From an uncultured Planctomycetota bacterium (GTDB taxonomy: Bacteria > Planctomycetota > Planctomycetia > Pirellulales > Lacipirellulaceae): a stretch of 64,000 bases of DNA. Positions 11,132 to 22,035 of the stretch are shown in pieces. The stretch covers positions 1,792,001-1,856,000 of the forward strand of contig CAVRBU010000002.1 in the NCBI GenBank assembly GCA_963719315.1, written 5' to 3'. Each line of letters opens with the position of its first letter. The first letter of the stretch is position 1. Below the pieces are notes generated by a model. It was not told the origin of the DNA. It did no database searches and was given only the letters and a program-made list of their open reading frames with translations. The position numbers and the translations under genes are program-made.

Positions 11132-11728
11132 ATGGGTATTCGTTTCTTGTGTCCGAATGGGCACAAGCTCAACGTCAAATCATTCCAAGCCGGCAAGCGC
11201 GCGATCTGCCCGGAATGCGGAGCGAAGGTCGTCGTGCCGGCCACGTCCGAAGTTGCAGCGGCTGAGTCACCGCAGTCAATCGTCGCACCCGCCAAGCAAG
11301 TGACGGATACGGCGTCGCCTTCGATCGTCATCTCGATCGCTGAAAGTACAACCACGTCGCCCCCGAAGCTCGTGGAGCCGTCTCCAGCATTAAAAGCTCA
11401 GCCGATTCCGCCGCCGAACATTCCGGAATCGATTGTCATCGCTCCGAGCCAACCGGAATCGGTGATCGAGCCAGTGGCATTGGCCCCAGAAGCACAGTAT
11501 CAGATGCGCCGCGAACGTAACCGGCGCAATCAATTGCTGTTCGCCGTGTTTCTGTTGACGACAACCGTAGTGTTGGCCTTCGTGCTGATATGGGTGTTGC
11601 GGCGGGACGCAGGTTCGTCGACCGGTGGACAAGTGCCGCCGGCGAAAACGAACAGCATCGCGCGATCGCTCTTTTGCGATATCACCGCCTGCAATTGTTG
11701 GCAATCCGCCCCCATTTCGAGGATTTAA
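11132..11728 (+). CDS. Zn-ribbon, Pro-rich, single-TM hypothetical protein
   Basis: MGIRFLCPNGHKL...CPECG N-terminus, Pro-rich linker, TM helix. Confidence 0.75.
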   Translation: MGIRFLCPNGHKLNVKSFQAGKRAICPECGAKVVVPATSEVAAAESPQSIVAPAKQVTDTASPSIVISIAESTTTSPPKLVEPSPALKAQPIPPPNIPESIVIAPSQPESVIEPVALAPEAQYQMRRERNRRNQLLFAVFLLTTTVVLAFVLIWVLRRDAGSSTGGQVPPAKTNSIARSLFCDITACNCWQSAPISRI

Positions 11729-11733
11729 CGACA

Positions 11734-12282
11734 GTGAGTTTCGAACGGCTCTGGGCACCCTGGCGACTGGAATACGTGACTGGCAGCGAGGCCGTCGCCG
11801 CGACGCCGCTTGAGCCTGTCGAATGGCAGACGAACGCCGATCGCGATTGCTTCTTGTGCCGGGCAGCCGCCATTTATGAAACGGACTCAAATGCCGACCG
11901 GTCTTTGATGGTGGCGGACCGCGGGTCACTCGCACTCGTGGTTCTCAATCGATACCCATATAACAACGGCCACTTGTTAATCGCACCGCTGCGCCACGTG
12001 GGCGAATTGAGCCAGATGACGAAAGAAGAGAATCTGGACTGCGTCGGACGCCTGGCGAAGTTGACGACCGTTTACCGAGAGCGGTTGAATGCCGAGGGGT
12101 TTAACATCGGCTTGAATTTGGGGAAAGTCGCCGGAGCCGGATTGCCGGGTCATTTGCACTGGCACCTCGTGCCCCGTTGGGCGGGTGACAATAATTTCAT
12201 GCCCGTACTGGCCGGCACGCGCGTGATTCCCCAATCGCTCGATACACTATGGCAAATGCTCGCAGACGCCCTAAAAAACTAA
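11734..12282 (+). CDS. HIT domain protein (Ap4A phosphorylase/FHIT-like)
   Basis: LWAPWR, CFLC, NRYPYNNGHL, HLHWHLVPRW; GTG start inferred. Confidence 0.9.
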   Translation: MSFERLWAPWRLEYVTGSEAVAATPLEPVEWQTNADRDCFLCRAAAIYETDSNADRSLMVADRGSLALVVLNRYPYNNGHLLIAPLRHVGELSQMTKEENLDCVGRLAKLTTVYRERLNAEGFNIGLNLGKVAGAGLPGHLHWHLVPRWAGDNNFMPVLAGTRVIPQSLDTLWQMLADALKN

Positions 12283-12299
12283 AACGCTCGCCGAACACT

Positions 12300-13450
12300 G
12301 TGCCGAACCCAGCCTCGTCCGACATTACGACCGATCGCGAACGGGCAATTCTGGCCCCCTACGCGATGCACAGTGCCGATTCGCTTGGCCGCCACTACCC
12401 CGAACCTGTGCACCCGTATCGGGGGACGTATCAGCGCGATCGCGATCGCATCCTGCACAGCGCGGCATTCCGCCGGTTGAGCCAGAAAACACAGGTCTTC
12501 ACGGGCACAATGGGCGACTATCATCGTACGCGACTTACGCATACGCTCGAAGTTTCGTCGATTGCCCGAACGATCGCGCGGGCCCTGAGACTCAATGAAG
12601 ACCTGGTCGAAGCACTCGCGCTGGCACACGATCTGGGCCATCCGCCATTCGGACATTCGGGCGAAGACGTGCTCAATGAATGTTTGAAGGACCACGGTGG
12701 ATTTAATCACAATGCGCAAGCACTCAGGATTTGTGAGTTGCTGGAATCGAGCTTCCGCCCGTTTCCGGGATTGAATTTGACGCGCGAGGTTTTGGACGGC
12801 CAGCAAAGGCGGTCCGAAAAGCACAGACAGGCGGCAAGTCCGCAGGACGCGGCACAGCACGCCAATAGCCCGTTACTGGAAGTTCAGGTCGTCGACGTGG
12901 CGGATAGCATCGCCTACGACGCACACGATGCCGATGATGCGCTGGAACTCGGCTTGCTCGAACCGGATCAGTTGTTGCAAGTGCCGCTGTGGAGCGAAGC
13001 GCGGGAACGAATCGCTCGCGCGCAGTGCCGCTTGACGATCGCCAACTGCGGCGGGCCATCGTGCATGAAGTGATCGATTGGCAAGTCAACGATGTGATCG
13101 AGTACGCTGCGCATGTGCTCGCGGAGCGGCACGTGGGATGCGTGCTGGACGTGCGTAAGTCGCCGCTGATCATCGGGCCGTCGGCCGAATTGGCAGAAAA
13201 AAAGGGAATTCTCGAGCGCTTTCTGTTCGACAGGGTGTACCGCCATCCCCGAGTGTTGTCGCAGCGTCGGCCGGCCCAGCAAGCGCTACGCGAGACGTTC
13301 GATGTGCTCGTAAATGAGCCGAAAAAACTGCCGCCCAAGTTTCAGCGCCTGGCCGAGAGTGAAGGTATCCCGCGTGCGGCCAGTGATTACTTGGCCGGCA
13401 TGACCGATCGCTTCGCGTTCGAAGAACATCGGCGATTGGTACCGCAATGA
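12300..13450 (+). CDS. dgt: Deoxyguanosinetriphosphate triphosphohydrolase, frameshift near 13020
   Basis: QRDRDRILHSAAFRRL, RTRLTHTLEV, HDLGHPPFGH in the first frame; DYLAGMTDRFA in the second frame. Confidence 0.88.
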
Positions 13451-13589
13451 AGCCCATTGGTAGCCCCCCGGCCGGGTTGATAGAATGGAAACGACATGTT
13501 TGCCGGCGGCTGTCTTTGCGATCTAACGCGAAGCCTGTACGCCACTTTGTTGGCGTCGCTCATGCCGCCGCGTTAGTCGGAGTTCTTAA

Positions 13590-14618
13590 ATGGCGCTGGT
13601 CGTCTTGCGTTGCGTATTCTTGGCGGTGGCGATCGCGCTGGGATTTCAGTTGTTGGGCTCTGATTTGCTGAGCGGGGAGAATCGATGGCTTCCATGGTTC
13701 GGTTTTCTCGGCGTCATGATCGTTGCGGCGGGCGTTCTAATCGCCGACGTAGCAATGCGGCGTAAGCGGCTGGATACGATCACGGCCGTCTATTTTGGAA
13801 CGATCATCGGGCTATTCTTGACCTATGTATTCCAACTCGCGCTCACTCCGATACTTCCGAATCCGCACAGTTGGCTGGCGGATTGGTTGCGGCTCGCGCT
13901 CGCCACAATTGTCTGCTATTCCTGCATTAGCATTCTGTTGCAGACGAAGGACGATTTCCGCTTTATCATTCCGTATGTCGAATTTGCAAAAGAAGTCAAA
14001 GGGCTCAAACCGTACGTGCTCGATACGAGCGTCGTGATCGACGGGCGGATTGCAGACATCGTCGAAACGCGGGTCATCGACAATCAACTCGTCATGCCGC
14101 AATTCGTAATCGGCGAATTGCAGGCGATCGCCGATTCGAACGACAAACTCAAGCGGAACCGCGGTCGCCGTGGACTCGATATTCTCAACCGCCTCCGCAG
14201 CGATCCAAAAGTCGATCTGATGATTTACGATCGCGAACTGCCCGAGTTCGCCGGCCAACCAGTCGATCAAAAGCTAGTGCTGCTCGCGAAACACCTAGAA
14301 GGGAAGGTCGTCACGAACGACTACAATTTGAACAAAGTGGCCAAGCTGCACAACGTGGGCGTCATCAATCTGAACGACATCGCCAACTCGCTGAAGCCGG
14401 TGTTTTTGCCGGGCGAAACGATCGACGTGCGGATCGTCAAAGCGGGCGAGGAAGCGGGGCAGGGCGTTGGATATCTGGAAGACGGTACGATGGTTGTCAT
14501 CGAAGGAGGCCGCGATCATATTAGCGACCAAATTAGCGCGGTGGTGACGAGCGTGCTGCAGACGAGCGCCGGCCGAATGGTATTTGGCCGCTACGTCGGG
14601 ACAGTGCCGGACGCTTGA
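13590..14618 (+). CDS. PIN/TRAM domain membrane protein (YacL-like)
   Basis: Four TM helices, LDTSVVIDGRI, TNDYNLNKVA, GQGVGYLEDGTMVVIEGG. Confidence 0.9.
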   Translation: MALVVLRCVFLAVAIALGFQLLGSDLLSGENRWLPWFGFLGVMIVAAGVLIADVAMRRKRLDTITAVYFGTIIGLFLTYVFQLALTPILPNPHSWLADWLRLALATIVCYSCISILLQTKDDFRFIIPYVEFAKEVKGLKPYVLDTSVVIDGRIADIVETRVIDNQLVMPQFVIGELQAIADSNDKLKRNRGRRGLDILNRLRSDPKVDLMIYDRELPEFAGQPVDQKLVLLAKHLEGKVVTNDYNLNKVAKLHNVGVINLNDIANSLKPVFLPGETIDVRIVKAGEEAGQGVGYLEDGTMVVIEGGRDHISDQISAVVTSVLQTSAGRMVFGRYVGTVPDA

Positions 14619-14738
14619 TGCCGTGAGGCCAACTGCGAACCGGTAATTTTGTTGTGGCGATTGACTGCCCGGCGTAAATCGATACAAAGGGATTTTTCGA
14701 CCCTGAACACCCTTATTCTATTAAATACTGACAGTTAC

Positions 14739-15236
14739 ATGAGCGACGCTTTAACACATCCTCTTGTCGGCATCTTGATGGGCTCGAAGTCGGACTGGGA
14801 GACGATGCAGGGGGCGGCCAAGATTTTCAACGAATTCGGCGTTCCGCACGAGGCAAAAGTGGCCTCGGCACATCGCTCGCCCGCGTTGGTGACCGAATTC
14901 GTGACGACGGCTGAAAGGCGGGGGCTGGAAGTTATCATCGCAGCCGCAGGGCTGGCGGCTCACCTTCCGGGCGTGGTGGCGGCACAAACCTTGTTGCCAG
15001 TGCTCGGTGTGCCGATGCACAGCAACGCGCTGGGCGGCCTCGATGCTCTCCTCTCAATGGTCCAAATGCCGGGCGGCGTGCCGGTGGGGACGCTTGCCAT
15101 CGGTTCGCACGGAGCAAAAAACGCGGCACTGCTAGCAATTCGCATCCTGGCAAACTCGCGACCGGAATTGCGAGCGAAACTGGCGGCATATCACGAGAAG
15201 ATGGCAGAGCAGGTCGAAAGAGATACTCTTGCTTGA
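14739..15236 (+). CDS. purE: N5-carboxyaminoimidazole ribonucleotide mutase
   Basis: MGSKSD, SAHRSP, AAHLPG, QMPGGVPVGT. Confidence 0.95.
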   Translation: MSDALTHPLVGILMGSKSDWETMQGAAKIFNEFGVPHEAKVASAHRSPALVTEFVTTAERRGLEVIIAAAGLAAHLPGVVAAQTLLPVLGVPMHSNALGGLDALLSMVQMPGGVPVGTLAIGSHGAKNAALLAIRILANSRPELRAKLAAYHEKMAEQVERDTLA

Positions 15237-15260
15237 CTCGCATGGCGGCATCCGCAGACC

Positions 15261-16007
15261 TCAATTTGCCAACCCTCCGAAGCGGCGTTTTCGAGCAGCG
15301 TAGGCGATGATCGCCTCCTGGAGCGTCGCTTCATCAAATTCCGGCCAGCTTTTTTCCGTGACCCAGATTTCGGCGTAGCTGATCTGCCAGAGGAGGAAAT
15401 TACTGATCCGCATTTCGCCGGCGGTCCGGATCAAGAGGTCGGGATCGGGGGCGCCGGCGGTGTAGAGATTCGCCGCAACCGTGGATTCCTCAATGCTCTC
15501 CGGCAACAAGTCGCCGGATTGGATGCGGTGCCCGATTGCCTGTGCTGCATCCACAAGTTCCGCCCGGCCACCGTAGTTGATGGCCAAGTTAAGCCACATT
15601 CCAGTGTTCGTGCTGCTGAGCTCGACCGTCTTATCGAGCTCACGGAGGACTTGTTCGGGGATCTCGTGGCGTCGGCCGAGCATCCGCACGCGGACGTTGT
15701 TTTCCATGATCGTGGCCCGCTCCTCGATCATGTATTGCTCCAGCAGGTGCATCAGGAAGTTGATTTCGGTCTCCGGCCGCTTCCAGTTTTCGCTCGACAG
15801 GCAGTAGAGCGTGAGTTGCTCGACCTTGAGGCGAGCACACTCTTCGGTCGTGCGACGGACGGACTCGACGCCACGTTGGTGCCCGGCAACGCGCGGCAGA
15901 TTCTGCCGCTCGGCCCAGCGGCCATTGCCATCCATGATGATCGCGATATGCCGCGGCCGGCGCTCGGGCGGGTTTTCCAGCATCGGTCCTTGCTGTGCGC
16001 CACTCAT
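15261..16007 (-). CDS. uppS: Isoprenyl (undecaprenyl diphosphate) transferase
   Basis: HIAIIMDGNGRWA, SSENWKRP, NYGGR, RTAGEMRISNFLLWQ. Confidence 0.95.
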   Translation of the reverse strand: MSGAQQGPMLENPPERRPRHIAIIMDGNGRWAERQNLPRVAGHQRGVESVRRTTEECARLKVEQLTLYCLSSENWKRPETEINFLMHLLEQYMIEERATIMENNVRVRMLGRRHEIPEQVLRELDKTVELSSTNTGMWLNLAINYGGRAELVDAAQAIGHRIQSGDLLPESIEESTVAANLYTAGAPDPDLLIRTAGEMRISNFLLWQISYAEIWVTEKSWPEFDEATLQEAIIAYAARKRRFGGLAN

Positions 16008-16029
16008 GATCGAAATGCAATTGAAATTG

Positions 16030-16167
16030 AACCACGGAGGCACAACCGATGCTGGATGGAAGAAAGGTACTGATTGTATTGAATGTTGAATGTTGAATAA
16101 CACTCCACCAGCAACATTCACCATCGGCTACGCACGCCTTTCTCAGTGTCCTCCGTGTCTCCGTGGT
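16030..16167. repeat. Gene-less inverted-repeat element with the same ends as the GxxExxY element
   Basis: AACCACGGAGGCAC at 16030-16043; reverse-complement arm ACCACGGAGACACGGAGGACACTGAG at 16142-16167; internal TTGAATG repeats. Confidence 0.75.
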
Positions 16168-16170
16168 GCT

Positions 16171-17462
16171 TTACCGGGTGACTATAATTGTTTGATCGCG
16201 CTCGGGCCCAACGGACACCATGCCGATCGGCCGCTCGACAAGCTCGCTGATGCGGCGGGCGTAGGCCTTAGCGTTCGTCGGCAGCTCATCGTAAGCTCGG
16301 CAACCGGTGATTTCCTCCTTCCAGCCGGGCACCGATTCATACACGGGCTTGGCGCGGCGGAGGTCGTCGACGTGGCTGGGGAACTGCGAGGATTTCTTGC
16401 CATCGACCTCGTAGGCCGTGCAGATTCTCAATTCGTCGAGGCCGCTGAGCACGTCGAGGAGCATGATGGCGATCTCGTCGACGCCACTGAGCCGGCTGGT
16501 ATAGCGGAGGGCGACAACATCGAGCCAACCGCAACGCCGCGGGCGACGGGTGACAGTGCCATATTCATTGCCGCGATCGCGAAGGTACTGGCCGGTGGTG
16601 TTGTCCTGTTCGGTGGGGAAGGGCCCGCCGCCGACGCGCGTGGAATACGCTTTGACGACGCCGATGCTGCGGTCGATATGCCGAAGCGGCACACCGGAGC
16701 CGCTGGAAATGCCGACCCCGGAGCTGTTGCTGCTGGTGACAAAAGGATACGTGCCATGATCGACGTCGAGCAGCGCGCCTGCGCGCCTTCGAACAGCAGT
16801 CGCTTGCCACTCTCGGCGGCGGTGAGCAGGAGTTCGGTTGTGTCACAGACGTAGGGCCGCAAGCGTTCGGCGTAGGCCGAGTATTCCTGGACAATGCCGG
16901 ACGCTTCAAGCGGCTTGAATTCGCCAGCCGGGTAGAGGACTTCCAGAATGCGGTTTTTGGCGGCCACGATGTGCTCGACCTGCGAGCCGAATGTCGGCCG
17001 GTAGAGGTCGCCGAGCCGTAAGGCATGCGAGCGGCCGACCTTGTCCCGATAGCAGGGACCAATGCCGCGGCCGGTCGTGCCGATGTTTTCGCCGTCGGAC
17101 GTGCTCTTATCGAGTGCGCGGTCCTCGGCAAAATGCCAGGGAAATATCACGTGAGCCCGGTCGCTGATCCGCAGATTATCGGCGTGCCCTGCGCCGCGCT
17201 TGGCGAGCTCATCCAACTCTTCGATCACGCGAGCCGGGTTGACGACCACGCCAGTGGCGATGACGCACGTGACGCCGGATGTAAGGATGCCGCTGGGAAG
17301 CAGTGAGAGCTTGTAAACCTGGTCGCCGACGACGACCGTGTGCCCGGCGTTCGCTCCGCCCTGGTAGCGGACGACGAAATCGTGTTCGCGGGTGAGGAGA
17401 TCAACGATTTTGCCCTTGGCTTCGTCGCCCCATTGCAGACCAATAACGCAAGTGCCGGACAT
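16171..17462 (-). CDS. purA: Adenylosuccinate synthase, frameshift near 16778
   Basis: [24 protein letters not shown], then a shifted frame with [11 protein letters not shown] and [14 protein letters not shown]. Confidence 0.95.
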
Positions 17463-17557
17463 GAATTCTTTAATTACGGGAATTACGTGGCAAGTGGGCG
17501 CGATCTATTGATTCAGCCCGATTTTACGATGGCGAGGCATTGACCGAAAGCCCAAGG

Positions 17558-17986
17558 CTATGCGGGTGCAAATCGCAATAAGAAATCAAGTGGTGTTAGA
17601 ATTGGAATTCCGTGAAAGGGGTGTATCGCGAGCAAATCGGTATCTCCAGTCACGAGTGCCGTCGCTTGTCCATCTATCGCAAGCTCAAGGAGCCGATTGT
17701 CGCTCGCGTCTCGGCAATCGGCGATGGCCTTTGACGTTTCGACAAAGACGCAGTCTCGAATTGCATCGGCAACCAACTCTTCGCGTATCGCGAGGCTCAA
17801 GTAGCGATCGAACTTCTCGCGGCGCATGACGTCGGCAAGTTCCGCAGCCGTCTCGAGCGACATCAGCAATAGGCAATTCGCAGAAACGTGGGCAAACACC
17901 TTGCCGGGCACGGACAGGGGAAACAAGAACGCGCTGACAATTGTGTTGGTATCCAGAACGATTCGATGCAGCGATTCACGCTCCAT
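17558..17986 (-). CDS. PIN-family putative toxin
   Basis: IVLDTNTIVSA, CRDASDN, LVTGDTDLL. Confidence 0.88.
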   Translation of the reverse strand: MERESLHRIVLDTNTIVSAFLFPLSVPGKVFAHVSANCLLLMSLETAAELADVMRREKFDRYLSLAIREELVADAIRDCVFVETSKAIADCRDASDNRLLELAIDGQATALVTGDTDLLAIHPFHGIPILTPLDFLLRFAPA

Positions 17987-18203
17987 CCAGAATCTCCTCG
18001 AGAATCTCTGGCGTCAGCCCCTTGGCCTGGGCTTCGTTACTCGCCTCGCGGATCACGTCTTGCAGCGGGCGTGTTTTCAAGGCAGTTTCGCTCAATCGCA
18101 GGCTGAGCAACGCATCGAGTTTTTTCCGCTGCTGCTCCGTGGCAGCAAGATAGACTGCTGCCGCGTCGGGCGCTACTCGAATTGTGATTTCTTGCATCGT
18201 CAT
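17976..18203 (-). CDS. Small putative antitoxin
   Basis: 75 aa, overlaps the PIN gene start, acidic tail GLTPEILEEIL. Confidence 0.7.
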   Translation of the reverse strand: MTMQEITIRVAPDAAAVYLAATEQQRKKLDALLSLRLSETALKTRPLQDVIREASNEAQAKGLTPEILEEILDGA

Positions 18204-18232
18204 TGGCCAACTCCCGCAGATACTTTCCGCTC

Positions 18233-20231
18233 TTAGCGGATTTCCAACTCAAACGGCATCAGCAACGCCGCCGGCCGATCAAATGCCTTGCGGATGCGGG
18301 CAGCGCGGCGGGCGATATTCGTTAGTTCGGGGGACAGGTTTTCAAGACCGCTCGCAATGCGGGTTTCTTTTTCGGCTTCCAAGTCGCCGAAGAGCGACTC
18401 GAAGAAGTTGGTAGGCGCCGGCAGCACGTCGATATGGACGTCGGCGTCGGCTTCGAGGCCGGCCAGTTTTTTGGCTTCGATCACGGCGTCGTGCAGCGTA
18501 CCTAGGTCGTCCACTAAGCCAATCTCCTTGGCCTGGAGGCCGGTGTAGATTCTCCCGCCGGCAAGTTCGCGGAGCTTTTCGAGCGGCAGCTTGCGACCCT
18601 TAGACGCTTTCTCCGTGAATTGGTCATAGGTGTCTTCCATCATTTTCTGGAGTACCGCGCGCTGCGAGTCGGTGAATTTTCCGCTTGAAGAAAACAGCCC
18701 GCTGTTCTTGCCTCGTTCGATGACCTCGGTCGTGATGCCGAGCTTGTCGTACAAGCCGCGGAGGGCCATTTTGCCGCCGACGACGCCGATCGACCCGGTG
18801 ATCGTACCAGGGGCGGCGATGATCTTGTCGGCGCCCATCGCGATGTAGTAGCCCCCGCTACCCGCCACGTCGCCCATGCTGGCAACGATCGGCTTCTTGA
18901 TGACTTGCGTTTCATGCCAGATCAAATCGCTCGCCAAGGCGGATCCGCCTGGGCTATCGATGCGGAGCACGATCGCGACGACCTGCTTGTCTTTGTCGGC
19001 TTCGCGCAGCGCGTCGATGATCGTGGCCGAACCGATCGTCTGGTCGCCGAACATATCGCTTTCGCTCTTGCCCGTCGCGATGGGACCGACCGCATACACG
19101 ATAGCGATCTTCTTTCCCCTGCTATCGCTGGAGGAGGAGCCGCCACCCATCATGACTTGCATCAGTTTCACGATGCCCATCGGGCCAGAGAAATCGGTAT
19201 CGACTTCCTTCTTGCCATAATTCTTTACGAGGACGAGCGAGTCGGCGTCGTACTTGTGGGCGAGTTCCGCGCGGAGCGCGTCGGGGTAAGCAATGCGATC
19301 GATCAAGCCTAATTCCTTAGCTCTTTTGGCGGAGATCAGGCCCGTGTCGATGACTTCCTTCGCTTGGGCGATCGAGAGCGGCCGATCCTTGACGATGGTC
19401 GTAATCATTTCGTCGTACAGGCTATCGACGAGCGCGTTCATGTTTTCGCGGACCGGCTCGCTGAAGCCTTCGCGCGTCATTGGTTCGGCGTAGCTTTTAT
19501 ACGCGCCGATGTGGATGAAATCGGCCTCGATGCCGAGCTTGGCGAGCAGGCCCTTGTAGAACATCGCTTCGGCATGAACACCGGGCAGCATCAGCTCACC
19601 CGATTCGGGCATCACGATTTCGTCGCAGGCGCAAGCCACCATGTAGTCGGCCGGCTCAGCCGAATCCAGCGTGGCATAAACTTTCTTACCCGAAGCGCGG
19701 AAGCGGCTGATCGCGCCGCGAAGTTCTTCGACTTTCCCGCGGCCGATTTCTGGGCTTTGAATATCGAGCACGAGCCCCGCAACGTTCTTGTCCTTGGCGG
19801 CCTTTTCCAGCCGCTTAATCGTTTCGCGGAGATCGAGTCGAGCTTCACCAAATAGCCCGGCCTGACCGGCACTCTCGGGAATTGAACTCTTGAGCGTCAG
19901 CATTGCCAAGCGAACTTTGTCGTGCTTGGCTGGTTTCGCCGCTTCACTCTTGGCCGCCGTTGCGTGCTTTACTTTGCCGGTTTCACTGGCTTTGGATTTA
20001 GACGATTCGGCGGCCGCATGTTTCTCATCCGCCTGCTCATTGTTTTTCGCGGCGTCGCTGTTTTCTTTTTTGTCGGCCGCCGAGGACGTTCTCTTTTTTT
20101 TGGTCTGCCGTTGCCGTTTCGGCGGCCAATACGCCTGACCTCACACCTAACCCGGCGGCGATCGCGAACATGCTGGCAATCGCAACTAGTTGACAACTCA
20201 ATGCGAAACCGGAACGGTACTTGGCGTTCAT
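18233..20231 (-). CDS. sppA: Signal peptide peptidase SppA (long form), frameshift near 20085-20101
   Basis: Two S49 domains, RIDSPGGSALAS, SMGDVAGSGGYY, TGSIGV; signal peptide MNAKY... lies in another frame upstream. Confidence 0.88.
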
Positions 20232-20536
20232 AAAAGCACTCCACACGGTAGAGGTCAAAGCCTTGAAGTCGGCCGAAATATGTAAAGTTGCTGGCGCGAA
20301 TGCAAGCCATGCGCGTGGCATGATGCGGGCGACAGCACAATTCCAACACACCTATTCTACCGGCCTGGCCGGCCTATTCTACCCGGACCGGGGCCAGCTT
20401 TTTAGTCTGGCCGGGGTACCGGCAGTTTGCTACAGTTTTCGCCCTAATCAGTCGTTTAGCGGCCGCAAGTCTGGCGGCACGCTGCGGGACGATGTCCGCC
20501 TCGGCGGGCCTACTTTTCTCTGGTGAGGTGCGCAGG

Positions 20537-21886
20537 ATGCGATCGCCGCGTAGTCAATTTTACGTCATTGTATTGATGGGGATGCTGACCGCCCTTTCCC
20601 GGCCGGCAAACGCCCAGCTCTGGCGGCAATTCCTGCCCATCGGCAAGAGTGCCGCGCCGGCAGACCGACAGGCGAATGAGACCGGCACGCGCGACCAGGC
20701 TAGGGCGGAAGATTCACGCGCGACGCAAGTCGCCGGACCGGCGCCAATCGGCGGCGACCTCGCGCTTTCGCAGAATAATGGACCGTGGTTGATCGTGGCG
20801 GCGAGTTTTTCCGGCGACGGCGCCGAGAAGCAAGCCCGCGAATTGGCGGAGGAGCTTCGCGGCCAGTTCCGGATGGCCGCTTACGTACACGAGATGGACT
20901 TCAAGTTTGGCGATGAGAATCCAGGCAAAGGTTTGGATAACTATGGCGCGCCGACTCGCCGGCACTATCGCCGCGGCGATCAAGCCCGCGAAATCGCGGT
21001 ACTGGTGGGAGATTTCGTCTCGATCGAAGATCCGGACGCTCAGCAAATGCTCCATCGCATCAAGACGCTGCAGCCGAAAGCGCTGAACGTCGACGCCAAC
21101 CAGACCGCGCAGAGCATGGCCCAGGTGAGGCAGTTCGAGGACGCGCTGAAGGAGAAACTTGGCAAAGCGAAGAAGCGCGGACCGATGGCCCAGGCCTTCT
21201 TCACGCGAAACCCGCTCCTGCCGCTCGAGTATTTCGTGCCCAGGGGAGTTGATCCATTTGTCGCGAAGATGAACCAGGGCGTGGAGCACAGCCTGCTCGA
21301 TTGTCCCGGTCGGCAAACGATTCAAGTCGCCACATTTCGCGGCAAAACAATCTTGCAGACGAGCGCTGAAGAACTGCCCGAGACCAAATCGTTCTGGGGT
21401 AGAAAAAAGCACGACGATAGTAATCCCCTGGTCGAAGCGGCCGAGAACGCTCATTTGTTGACCAAGGAACTGCGAGACCACGGCTGGGAGGCCTATGAGT
21501 TCCACGACCGCACCGAGAGTATCGTCACCATCGGCTCATTCGCCGATGTAACGCAGCGGCTGCCGGATGGCCGGGTGGTTGTGCTGCCGGAAGTTCAGAA
21601 GATCGTCCAAACGTTCGACGCCGGGTTTGACACGCCAGCCGACCCGCTAAGCGGAATCGGCAACGACCAAATGACGAGGCAACGCGTCGAGCAGGAAGAA
21701 CAGCAGGTCAGCATGCAGCTCAGCGGCAAGCAAGCGCAAATCGTGCCGGGGATGAATCCCAAGCACGTGAAAATCATGCACGGCCACGGCAAGAGTGTTA
21801 AGGTCGATCGAATCATCCCGATGGATGTGCATCCACAGGCGATCGACGTGCCGAAGCGAAGCGTTTCGAGCGCGTACGCGGGGTAA
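20537..21886 (+). CDS. Secreted hypothetical protein
   Basis: Long ORF with signal peptide (...PANA/Q). Confidence 0.8.
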   Translation: MRSPRSQFYVIVLMGMLTALSRPANAQLWRQFLPIGKSAAPADRQANETGTRDQARAEDSRATQVAGPAPIGGDLALSQNNGPWLIVAASFSGDGAEKQARELAEELRGQFRMAAYVHEMDFKFGDENPGKGLDNYGAPTRRHYRRGDQAREIAVLVGDFVSIEDPDAQQMLHRIKTLQPKALNVDANQTAQSMAQVRQFEDALKEKLGKAKKRGPMAQAFFTRNPLLPLEYFVPRGVDPFVAKMNQGVEHSLLDCPGRQTIQVATFRGKTILQTSAEELPETKSFWGRKKHDDSNPLVEAAENAHLLTKELRDHGWEAYEFHDRTESIVTIGSFADVTQRLPDGRVVVLPEVQKIVQTFDAGFDTPADPLSGIGNDQMTRQRVEQEEQQVSMQLSGKQAQIVPGMNPKHVKIMHGHGKSVKVDRIIPMDVHPQAIDVPKRSVSSAYAG

Positions 21887-21897
21887 AAGTTAAACAC

Positions 21898-21967
21898 CGG
21901 GTGGCATGCTCTCGCCGCCCGGCGGCGTGAGCATGTTGGCAACCGCGGCGGGAAAGCATGGCACCCG
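21898..21967. repeat. REP-like palindromic element, family GGGTGGCATG...CATG(G/C)CACCC
   Basis: Terminal inverted repeats with inner hairpins; related copies at 29800 and 59411. Confidence 0.75.
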
Positions 21968-22035
21968 AGTCGATTACGGATTAAGCTGCTGGATGCACCA
22001 ACGGCATCTTTCAATCCCAATCGGGCTCGCGACGC

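Noticed and set aside
16171..17462. Programmed frameshifting or true pseudogene status of purA (and acs, parB, dgt, oppC)
   Set aside because: No slippery motif or stimulatory structure is evident, and scattered single indels in conserved genes are better explained by assembly error.
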